Source: Sphingobacteriales bacterium 50-39
GTDB taxonomy: Bacteria; Bacteroidota; Bacteroidia; Chitinophagales; Chitinophagaceae
Length of the DNA stretch: 64,000 nucleotides
NCBI GenBank assembly: GCA_001898505.1
Contig: MKTZ01000021.1
Location: forward strand, 39,151 to 103,150
Direction: 5' to 3'
Below the pieces are notes generated by a model. The model made no database searches. It saw only the letters and a list, made by a program, of their open reading frames with translations, and was not told where the DNA came from. Every line of letters begins with the position of its first letter. The stretch's first letter is position 1. The position numbers and the translations under genes are program-made. Shown in pieces: positions 28,646 to 36,536 of the stretch.

Positions 28646-28722
28646 ATGGGTCCTAACCTTGTATTGTCAACGGACAGACATGAACAAAAAGCCCGGAGAC
28701 AGACAAAAACAGGAGGTATAAC

Positions 28723-30237
28723 ATGAAATTCAATTTAAAAGCAAAAGTCAACAAGGTCCTGAACCATGAAGGCGAAAAAGCTTATGCGCTGACGCCTGAG
28801 ATAGAGCTGTATACGCTGGTAGCTGTTGCAACGCTGGACGACCAGTTCTACGAGAAGGGCGAAGACAAGCTGAACAGGCTTCGGCAACTGATCGGCAAGA
28901 ACGATGCAGGTTTCGTGGCAAAGCTGGCTGTCTATGCGCGCGAGCAGATGTATCTGCGCTCGATACCCCTGGTGTTGGCTGTAGAGCTGGGGAAGGCGCA
29001 TAGTGGGGATGGCCTGGTGGGACGGCTGGTTGCCCGTGTGATACAGCGTGCTGATGAGATAACTGAGCTACTTGGATATTACCAGCTGGCGAATGGTAGG
29101 ACAGAGGTAAAGAAATTGAATAAGCTGAGCAAGCAGATGCAAAAGGGATTGGCGGACGCATTTAATAAATTTGACGAATATCAATTCGCCAAGTACAATA
29201 AGGATACGCAGATAAAGACTCGTGATGCTCTGTTCCTGGTACACCCAAAGGCAAAGGACGAAGCACAGCAAGCGCTGTTCGACAAGATCGTAAAGGATGA
29301 ACTGATGACACCCTATACATGGGAAGTGGAGCTGAGCGCCCTGGGGCAGCAGCCATATAAAACATCGGAAGAACGTGCAGACGCATTCCGGGCAAAATGG
29401 GAGGAGCTGATCTTTAGCAATAAGCTGGGATATATGGCCACTTTGCGTAACCTCCGAAACTTTCTGGAAGCTGGCATCAGCAATGACGCATTGAATAAGG
29501 TATGCAAATACCTGTCCGACGAAAAGGCGGTGGCATCGAGCCGGCAGTTACCCTTCCGGTACCTCAGCGCCTATCGGGAGCTGAAAGAAGTGAAGGATGG
29601 ACGGGTAGGCGTTGTCCTGGATGCGCTGGAGTCGGCGATCCTTTATAGCGTGGCCAATATTCCTGGTTATGATATGAACACACGGGTGGTGGTTGCCGCG
29701 GATGTGAGCGGAAGCATGCAGACGTATATCAGCCCGAAAAGCAAGGTGCAGAATTTTGATATTGGGCTATTACTGGCCATGCTGATGCGCTACCGGTGCA
29801 AGAATGTTATCACAGGGATGTTTGGTAATACCTGGAAAGCGATCCAGGTGCCGAAGGTAAATATCCTGGCTAACGTGGAGACATTTCGGAGCAGGGAGGG
29901 AGAAGTGGGTTATTCCACCAATGGGTTCCTGGTAATACAGGATCTGCTTGACAGACGGCAGGTGGTAGATAAAATAATGATGTTTACCGACTGTCAGTTA
30001 TGGAATAGCCAGGGTAATGGCATCAATATAGCCTCCTTGTGGAAAAGCTATAAAAGGCTGGCTCCGAATGCAAAGCTTTATTTGTTCGACCTGGCCGGAT
30101 ATGGTAACACTCCGCTGAAAGTAGATCAAGATGATGTATACCTGATAGCGGGATGGAGTGATAAGATCTTCCATGTCCTGCAGGCAATCGAAGAGGGGGG
30201 AAGTGCGGTGGAGCTGATCAATGCAGTACCCCTATAA
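28723..30237 (+). CDS. rsr: Ro60-related protein Rsr (TROVE domain plus C-terminal vWA/MIDAS domain)
   Basis: 504 aa. TROVE-domain N-terminal two-thirds. C-terminal vWA with MIDAS DxSxS motif (AADVSGSM). Preceded by a rare strong AGGAGG SD-like element. Followed by tRNA-like RNA modules, as in known rsr loci. Confidence 0.9.
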   Translation: MKFNLKAKVNKVLNHEGEKAYALTPEIELYTLVAVATLDDQFYEKGEDKLNRLRQLIGKNDAGFVAKLAVYAREQMYLRSIPLVLAVELGKAHSGDGLVGRLVARVIQRADEITELLGYYQLANGRTEVKKLNKLSKQMQKGLADAFNKFDEYQFAKYNKDTQIKTRDALFLVHPKAKDEAQQALFDKIVKDELMTPYTWEVELSALGQQPYKTSEERADAFRAKWEELIFSNKLGYMATLRNLRNFLEAGISNDALNKVCKYLSDEKAVASSRQLPFRYLSAYRELKEVKDGRVGVVLDALESAILYSVANIPGYDMNTRVVVAADVSGSMQTYISPKSKVQNFDIGLLLAMLMRYRCKNVITGMFGNTWKAIQVPKVNILANVETFRSREGEVGYSTNGFLVIQDLLDRRQVVDKIMMFTDCQLWNSQGNGINIASLWKSYKRLAPNAKLYLFDLAGYGNTPLKVDQDDVYLIAGWSDKIFHVLQAIEEGGSAVELINAVPL

Positions 30238-30284
30238 TCTATGACAGCCTACGGTTCGCTCAAAGGACAGACATTTTAAAATAG

Positions 30285-30422
30285 TGAATGATGCCGTAGG
30301 ATAGGGTTACTTCGGTAGAGCATGCTGCTGTGCAGCAAGGTATAGGTTCAAGTCCTGTCGTTGCCGAAAGGCAATGTAGCTTAGTTTTAAAGTCCCTACC
30401 GTCTGTCGCTCATTCATTTTTA
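30285..30422 (+). ncRNA. Y RNA-like tRNA-mimic unit A (YrlA-type candidate)
   Basis: Conserved 5' motif gccgtaggatagggttacttcg. D-loop-like ggtagagc and T-arm-like aggttcaagtcct. GNRA hairpin ttgcc-gaaa-ggcaa. Ends pair (tgaatga...gtagg with cctac...tcattca). Run of five T after the closing stem. Confidence 0.45.
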
Positions 30423-30440
30423 AGACATTTTACAGGTGTC

Positions 30441-30600
30441 GTAGATAAGAGTTACTTCGTCATAACGAGTGGGTCGTGGGTTCGAATCCCACCGGGTCCT
30501 CTAGGCGGAACCATAGGAAATGGTTCCTTCGATGAGTGGACATGGGCCCGTAGCTCAGCTGGTAGAGCAACTAATACTCTTTTCGCCTTGTTACCCTGTA
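30441..30600 (+). ncRNA. Y RNA-like tRNA-mimic unit B (permuted T-arm / acceptor-hairpin / D-arm)
   Basis: 5' motif gtcgtagataagagttacttcg. Perfect T-arm gtggg-ttcgaat-cccac. Then cgggtcc pairs across an inserted hairpin (ggaacca...tggttcc) with gggcccg, followed by ta-gctcagctggtagagc (D-arm). No anticodon arm. Confidence 0.5.
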
Positions 30601-30622
30601 AATACTTTATTCGATGATTTTG

Positions 30623-30720
30623 GATGATGCCGTAAAGCAGGGTTACTTCGTAATTCAATTGGTTAGAAAGCTTCGCTTCTGCGAAGAAGCGCGGGTTCGA
30701 ATCCCGCCCAGTCCCTGGTT
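30623..30720 (+). ncRNA. Y RNA-like tRNA-mimic unit C
   Basis: 5' motif gccgtaaagcagggttacttcg (third copy). D-arm-like taattcaattggttagaa. Non-canonical anticodon-like hairpin. Perfect T-arm gcggg-ttcgaat-cccgc. No proper acceptor pairing. Confidence 0.45.
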
Positions 30721-30900
30721 GTCTGTTGCTTATTCAATTTCAAAACCGCTGGAAACGGTTCGTCCGACAGGACAAAAATCATTCCCTCACGGGAAAACTC
30801 GGTATATCGCCGGATTGTAAGGGTTTCAAAAATGCCCGGCAGTGCAGGTGTAGTAACTCCCTGTATCCTGTATGCAATTTGGCCTATATCTACCAAAGGG

Positions 30901-31090
30901 AACTGTGTGTCGAAGGTTCGACTCCTTCTCTCTCCGACATTTTAAGGAGAGGTAGCTCAGTTGGAAGAGCAACAGTCTGGAAGCATGGGTTCGAATCCCA
31001 TTCCGCCTGTCACGCGGATAGCTCAGATGGCTAGAGCACTACGCTGATAACGTAGAGGAACGGCAGTACACCGCTGCCCAAAAAAATGGT
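30901..31090 (+). ncRNA. two tandem circularly permuted tRNA-like modules (units D and E) ending in a hairpin and A-tract
   Basis: Unit D: T-arm gaagg-ttcgact-ccttc; acceptor hairpin tctctcc-N10-ggagagg; ta; D-arm gctcagttggaagagc; flanks actgt/acagt pair. Unit E: T-arm atggg-ttcgaat-cccat; hairpin tccgc-ctgtcac-gcgga; ta; D-arm gctcagatggctagagc; hairpin ctacg-ctgataa-cgtag; hairpin ggcag-tacaccg-ctgcc. Reading them as ordinary tRNAs fails because the acceptor strands do not match. Confidence 0.5.
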
Positions 31091-31435
31091 GACCAGAAAT
31101 AAAGCCAGGTCTATTCGCCGGCCGTCGCGTAGAAAGTCCGTAAGGACCGACTATTCACAGGCAATCCGGCATGAGCCTGCAGCCTGCTGTAAGAGGCAGC
31201 AAGATCTTTTCCATCACCGGCGACGCTCGCCATGGCCGTCCATAAGGATCACGCCCTCAGGGGCGCACATCTGAAGGATGCCTTCATGGATGCAGCCGGA
31301 AAAAGAAAGGACAAACTGTATCCAAGACAGGTTCCGCGCATGCGGGATGGAGAATAGCATCTGGCTTTTAAAAAGAAACAACGGGTCGTTGCCCGATATT
31401 TTAACAAGAACAACTAACAGATAAAACCTAAGACG

Positions 31436-32566
31436 ATGAAAAAGGTAATGATCAACGCCTATCAAATAGGCCTGTTGTACAAGCACGGGACTTACGTGCG
31501 TATGTTGGGGAAGGGCACTTATTGGGCCTTGCCCGGTGATAAGGTGGAGGTGCATGAGTTTACTAAACAGTTTACTCCCACCTGCGAGCTGAATATACTT
31601 TTAAAGGACCGCGAGCTGGCAGAACGTCTGCACGTGGTGGATGTAAAAGATAACGAGCTGGTGCTCCTTTACGAGAACGGCCTGTTGAAGCAGGCGCTCG
31701 GACCCGGCAGATATGCCTACTGGAAAGAGATCATAGTATATGGATTTGCCCGGGTGGATATCGGCAAGATCGAGATCACGGAAAACCTGGACCGGGTTAC
31801 GCTCCTGAGCAAGGTGGTGGCTCCTTATGTCCGGACCTATACGGTAGAAAGCTATGAAAAGGGCTTGCTTTTCGTAGACGGTAATTACGTAAAGACGCTG
31901 GAAAGTGGTGTATATTACTGGTGGAAGAACAGCATCGCCATCAACGTGGGTAAGATCGATACGCGTCAGCTGCAGCTGGAGATCAACGGGCAGGAAATAC
32001 TCACCCGGGATAAAGCGGCCCTGCGGGTCAACGCCTGGGCGCAGTACCGGATAACGGATATAGAAAAGGCGCTGTTGCAGAACAAGGAATACGAAAAGCA
32101 GCTGTACGTGGCATTTCAGCTGGCCCTCCGTGAGTATATCGGCAGATTGAGCTTTGACGAGCTGCTGGAAAAGAAGGAGACGGCGTTGCATGAACGTACC
32201 GGCGACGGCCAGGCACCAGCGACCGTGCTGGAAAAAGTACAGACCATGGCCGATGCGCTGGGCATACAAGTTGCCGGCTTTGGTATACGTGATATCGTGC
32301 TCCCCGGAGATGTGAAGGATATCATGAACCAGGTACTGGTGGCGGAAAAGAAGGCACAAGCCAATGTTATCCTTCGTAGGGAAGAAACGGCCAGCACCCG
32401 TAACCTGCTGAATATTGCCAAGCTCATGGAAGACAACCCCATGCTGTTCCGGCTAAAGGAAATGGAATACGTGGAAAAGATCGCAGAAAAAGTCAGCAGC
32501 ATCAGTGTCAACGGCAATGGTGTCCTGATCGACCAGTTGCGGCAGCTGTTCACGAGTCCTAAATAG
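31436..32566 (+). CDS. SPFH/band-7 (stomatin/flotillin-like) domain protein lacking an N-terminal TM anchor
   Basis: 376 aa. SPFH core motifs (ILTRDKAALRVNAWAQYRITD...ETASTRNLLNIAKL) and C-terminal coiled coil. No hydrophobic N-terminal segment. Stop is 4 nt before the rtcB ATG. Confidence 0.7.
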   Translation: MKKVMINAYQIGLLYKHGTYVRMLGKGTYWALPGDKVEVHEFTKQFTPTCELNILLKDRELAERLHVVDVKDNELVLLYENGLLKQALGPGRYAYWKEIIVYGFARVDIGKIEITENLDRVTLLSKVVAPYVRTYTVESYEKGLLFVDGNYVKTLESGVYYWWKNSIAINVGKIDTRQLQLEINGQEILTRDKAALRVNAWAQYRITDIEKALLQNKEYEKQLYVAFQLALREYIGRLSFDELLEKKETALHERTGDGQAPATVLEKVQTMADALGIQVAGFGIRDIVLPGDVKDIMNQVLVAEKKAQANVILRREETASTRNLLNIAKLMEDNPMLFRLKEMEYVEKIAEKVSSISVNGNGVLIDQLRQLFTSPK

Positions 32567-32569
32567 ACA

Positions 32570-34063
32570 ATGGGCGGCGACCTGCGTGTCGCTGCCCTCA
32601 AAAAAAATAAAATGGGAAAGTTAAAATTAAGAGGAAAAGATTTGCGGGCCATCGGCTACCCCGAGGGACCGGTGATCAGCATTGCCATGAATATCATGGA
32701 AAAGAATTACAAGTTTACAGAACAGGAGGATGTGATGAATTTATTGAAGCAAATACTGACCTCCCCGGTGGAATATGCCAATGATGCTGTGTTAGGTTTG
32801 ATAGCTCAGCAATTGATACCAAAGAAGGAGATAGAAGGGGCGGAAATCTCGCTGAACAATACGGGAATTTCGTTCAATATTTTTGGAGGGGACCAGATCG
32901 AGGAAGGGGCGACCCATCAAATGTACCAGGCGGCTAAGCTACCTATAGCTGTGGCGGGGGCTCTGATGCCGGATGCGCATGCGGGATATGGACTTCCTAT
33001 CGGAGGTGTATTGGCTACGGAGAATGCAGTGATCCCGTATGGAGTAGGGGTGGACATCGGCTGCCGGATGTGTCTGTCGGTGTTTGACATCGACCCGAAA
33101 GAACTGACACAACGGGATCATTATTTTACGCGCGAGCTGAATGAAGCCACTCTGTTTGGTGCTGGAAGACAGTTCGACGAGAGCACTCCGCACGAGGTAT
33201 TAGACCGGAAGGAATTCGACGAGATACCTATCCTGAAAGCCCTGCAGGGGCGGGCAGCCCGGCAGCTGGGTTCATCGGGCTCCGGTAATCACTTTGTCGA
33301 ATTCGGGAAGGTGGAGATCACGGAGAAGGATGCGATATTGGGTCTCGAGCCCGGTGAATATCTTGGTTTGTTGTCTCATTCCGGAAGCCGGGCTCTGGGT
33401 GCAAATATTGCCGGCCATTATACGAAGATTGCCAAACAGAAAAGACGGCTCCCCGGCGAGGCGAACAACCTGGCATGGCTGGATCTTACTGAAGAGGAAG
33501 GGATCGAATACTGGCTGGCGATGAACCTGGCGGGTGACTATGCATCTGCCTGTCACGAGGTCATTCATAATAAGATAGCCCGGCAATTGGGAAGGCAACC
33601 GCTGAAAAGAGTAGAAAACCATCACAATTTTGCCTGGAAGGAAATACATGAAGGAGGAGAGGTCATTGTCCACCGGAAGGGGGCGACCCCTGCGGGGAAG
33701 GATGTGCTGGGTATTATTCCCGGATCGATGACGGCGCCCGGATACATCGTAAAAGGTAAGGGACAAGAAGCCTCTTTATCTTCCGCCAGCCATGGAGCCG
33801 GCAGGAAGATGAGTCGTACGGCTGCCTTGAATGCCTTGACGCAGGACCTCTTAAAAAAGACCCTGCAGCAGCATGGAGTAAAGCTCCTGGGCGGAGGGCT
33901 GGATGAAGCGCCGCAGGCGTATAAGGACATTGAAGCGGTGATGCAGTCCCAGCGGCAGCTCATCGATGTGGTGGGAAAGTTTACGCCTCGCATCGTAAAG
34001 ATGGATGGCGCTGTGCCGAAACAATGGAAAAAACCCAAGAAGGAGGGACAGGACGAATCCTAG
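32570..34063 (+). CDS. rtcB: RNA-splicing ligase RtcB (3'-phosphate/5'-hydroxyl RNA ligase) with N-terminal extension
   Basis: 497 aa. Metal-binding and GMP-histidine motifs (DAHAGYG, GSMTAPGYIVKGKG, SASHGAGR, NHHNF). An alternative start is MGKLKL at 32612. Confidence 0.9.
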   Translation: MGGDLRVAALKKNKMGKLKLRGKDLRAIGYPEGPVISIAMNIMEKNYKFTEQEDVMNLLKQILTSPVEYANDAVLGLIAQQLIPKKEIEGAEISLNNTGISFNIFGGDQIEEGATHQMYQAAKLPIAVAGALMPDAHAGYGLPIGGVLATENAVIPYGVGVDIGCRMCLSVFDIDPKELTQRDHYFTRELNEATLFGAGRQFDESTPHEVLDRKEFDEIPILKALQGRAARQLGSSGSGNHFVEFGKVEITEKDAILGLEPGEYLGLLSHSGSRALGANIAGHYTKIAKQKRRLPGEANNLAWLDLTEEEGIEYWLAMNLAGDYASACHEVIHNKIARQLGRQPLKRVENHHNFAWKEIHEGGEVIVHRKGATPAGKDVLGIIPGSMTAPGYIVKGKGQEASLSSASHGAGRKMSRTAALNALTQDLLKKTLQQHGVKLLGGGLDEAPQAYKDIEAVMQSQRQLIDVVGKFTPRIVKMDGAVPKQWKKPKKEGQDES

Positions 34064-34073
34064 ATTCGTCGTC

Positions 34074-34183
34074 TGTAACCGAGCCTGCGAAGGTTACGAC
34101 CGAGGTAACCGAGGCGGGTCCAACAGTGTTGGAACCAACGAAGGTTATGAGCGAAGCTCCGTGTCGAAGCAGGTCCGACGAAG
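34074..34183. repeat. ~100-nt intergenic repeat element, copy 1 (immediately 3' of rtcB)
   Basis: Shares cgaaggttacgaccg (15/15) and ccgtgtcgaagcag with the segment at 59366-59455. Also shares gtaaccgag and cgacgaa blocks. Contains the hairpin ggttac-gaccgag-gtaacc. Confidence 0.45.
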
Positions 34184-34211
34184 GGCCGCCCGTATCAGGC
34201 GGCCTTTTTTT
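34184..34211 (+). terminator. intrinsic terminator of the rsr-rtcB transcription unit
   Basis: ggccgcc-cgtatca-ggcggcc forms a 7-bp GC stem followed by ttttttt. Confidence 0.6.
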
Positions 34212-34215
34212 AATT

Positions 34216-34737
34216 TTAGTCATTATAATGCACGGGTTGCTGCGGCGGTGGAATTGTGATGTCCTTACTGAGGTTGGGAAGCAGCTTCCGGATCAAGGTC
34301 ATGTCCTTGTTCGATGTGTCCAAAAATGTCCAGGTCACTCCATTGTCCCTGGATATGGCGATGAGCGTAGAGGTGACCGTCGGCCTCCCCTGGCGCATCT
34401 TGATCTCGGTGTGCTGAGGGATGGTGCTTTGCACTTCAGTGCCGGACTTGACTACCTTGGACGGCTCATCCACGCTGATCTTAGTGATGGTCATTCCCTG
34501 GGATGCCAGCTGGCTTTTGGCCTGGCCAAGGGTTTCTTTGTACTTCGCCGTCCCGCCCATGGCCTGTACTAACTTAGGGTAAGTATATTTGGCGAAGGTG
34601 GTATAATCCTCATCAATAAAGGCTTTGCCCATTACTTCGGCCTCATGTTTAAGGTTGTTTGCTGCGTCTTTGACCTGGGCATGGATGGATGGCGTCAATG
34701 CCGTGATGAATAAAAATGCATAGTTGAATTGTTTCAT
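34216..34737 (-). CDS. hypothetical secreted protein
   Basis: Signal peptide MKQFNYAFLFITALTPSIHAQ. No recognisable catalytic motif. Confidence 0.5.
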   Translation of the reverse strand: MKQFNYAFLFITALTPSIHAQVKDAANNLKHEAEVMGKAFIDEDYTTFAKYTYPKLVQAMGGTAKYKETLGQAKSQLASQGMTITKISVDEPSKVVKSGTEVQSTIPQHTEIKMRQGRPTVTSTLIAISRDNGVTWTFLDTSNKDMTLIRKLLPNLSKDITIPPPQQPVHYND

Positions 34738-34761
34738 GTGAATTGATGTCCGGGACCGTCG

Positions 34762-35652
34762 TTATTTCCCGCATTTATCCAGCATATCCAATATTGCCTT
34801 GCGAATGCGGGTCTTTTCTGCAAATGCGATAAGATGCCCTCTCCCGGGGATCATTTGAATATCCAGCGAGGGGACATTGGTCAAGTGGGCCCTGGCGAAA
34901 TCCGCATTGGAAGTGTAGATCAGCTCGTCATTGGCGCCTTGCAGATAAACAACGGGTACATGTATGCGCGGCCATAGGGGCAGCATCTTCTTCAACTCTT
35001 CCTTGTGGTGGATCTTTTCCTGATTGGCCGACTGCAGCATTCGGGGGATCGTCCAATGGAGCAGGGGCGACTCGATCATATTGGTGAACCAGAAGAACCT
35101 TTCCTGGCCGGGACCAATGGCAGGACCTGTCAATACCAACCCATCCACCAGCGAAGGATAGTCCATTGCCAGGCGACATGCAATAGGCGCGCCATACGAC
35201 ACGCCTACGACGATTATGGGATGATGGACATGATGAAGACTGTCCAATATAGGCCGTATCACGGCAGCCTGCGCCTCGATATCCGGCATCGGACTGGCCA
35301 GCCCGGAATAGCCGTAACCCGGTCGATCCAACGCATAGATGGTAGCCCTGCTGCGCAAGGCGCTGTCTGAAAGATAACCTTTCCAATAACTGAGAGAGCT
35401 GGGTGCTCCATGGATAAAAAGGATAGTGGGTTTTGACGAATCGTCGCCTACTCCTATATAACGGATGTCCCGGCCTCCGGCCTTATAATAACCAATATGG
35501 GCGGGGATGCTCAGCTTATGGAAATAATCGGCGAGCTCTGTATCGTCCATGCGGAATTGTACCAGTCGATCGAATAGAAGCAGGAGCAGGATGAATAGGA
35601 TAATCGTCCAGATAAAGGTTTTCAGAATAATACGTCCAATCTTTAATAGCAT
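34762..35652 (-). CDS. alpha/beta hydrolase fold protein (membrane-anchored)
   Basis: N-terminal TM helix. Nucleophile elbow GVSYG. HG oxyanion motif (FIHGAPSS). C-terminal His (GRGHL). Confidence 0.8.
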   Translation of the reverse strand: MLLKIGRIILKTFIWTIILFILLLLLFDRLVQFRMDDTELADYFHKLSIPAHIGYYKAGGRDIRYIGVGDDSSKPTILFIHGAPSSLSYWKGYLSDSALRSRATIYALDRPGYGYSGLASPMPDIEAQAAVIRPILDSLHHVHHPIIVVGVSYGAPIACRLAMDYPSLVDGLVLTGPAIGPGQERFFWFTNMIESPLLHWTIPRMLQSANQEKIHHKEELKKMLPLWPRIHVPVVYLQGANDELIYTSNADFARAHLTNVPSLDIQMIPGRGHLIAFAEKTRIRKAILDMLDKCGK

Positions 35653-35917
35653 ATGTAATACGATCTATTTCATTAACCTCCAACACCAGGGCCTTTATGG
35701 CGCCGGGCGCATCACAGGCTGGCCTGGCCGGTGACGCGCATATGATAAATTTACGACCGCTGTGCTAAAAAGAAAATTATGAAATTACTACAGGATATAG
35801 AACCTTTTTTTGTGCGTAACGGCCTCCGGATGATGGGGAATATCGCTGATCATTTGCTTCAGGTCCCGCTCGATGGTAAAACAGATAGCCGTCATAGGCG
35901 TATCAGTTGGCTTATTC

Positions 35918-36532
35918 TCAAAAGGGTCCTGGAGGTGGATCGCCATTTTTTCTGATATTGTTCACTCTGTTGGCAATGTTCCGGATGGGAGACAGCACCT
36001 GCCGGGAGAACAGGAGCCCGATGCTGAATAGCACGATGATGGAGAGGATACTCGATGTGATCAGTATTTTGGAAAGGCTTGTCAGAAAATTCTGTGCATA
36101 GCTGTGGACGGCTGTAACGATGATAAGGTACTGCTGCTGTCCGGTGGTGTGGACGATGCCGGCAAAGAACTGGAAATTATGACGGGCTATGGCCTTTCCA
36201 TTTTGTTGGGCATCGTCAAAAAATGATGCGCCGGCGGTCTTGTACAGAGGAGTGTTTTTTATCCTGTCGAGGGTATCTGTGCGAATGATAAATTCCTCTT
36301 CTTCAGGCAGCAGCTGCACATGCTGTTTGCGCAGCTGGTCCAGCGCCTCCTGGCTTTCCTGATTGACGTCGAAATTTATTTTGGATGCGATGACGGCCCG
36401 TAACTCCAGTCGGGCGTAAAAATCCTGGAATGCCTTTTCGTTGGCGAAATAATATACGGCTGTACTGAGCAACAGCACCACCGAAAGGCAGAGGAGGGTA
36501 AATAACAAAGTAATCTTTAGCTGTATCTTCAT
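35918..36532 (-). pseudogene. truncated, frameshifted sensor histidine kinase (paralog of 62401-63780)
   Basis: The 204-aa ORF covers only TM1-sensor-TM2 and the start of HAMP, aligning to residues ~1-200 of the intact kinase. The HAMP continuation (TAICFTIERDLKQMISD...) appears in the +1 frame and stops after ~45 codons. No HisKA or HATPase_c region follows. Confidence 0.5.
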
Positions 36533-36536
36533 CGGG

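Noticed and set aside
30901-31040. Reading units D and E as two ordinary tRNA genes (ggagagg... and gcgga...)
   Set aside because: The would-be 3' acceptor strands (tccgcct, caaaaaa) do not pair with the 5' strands. Each 5' strand instead pairs with the 7-mer immediately upstream, and unit D has no anticodon arm. A permuted tRNA-like or Y-RNA reading fits and a canonical tRNA does not.
34005-34572. ORFs of 84 and 182 aa on the + strand after rtcB
   Set aside because: They overlap the repeat element and terminator and then run antisense to the well-supported secreted-protein gene at 34216-34737. There are no domain features.
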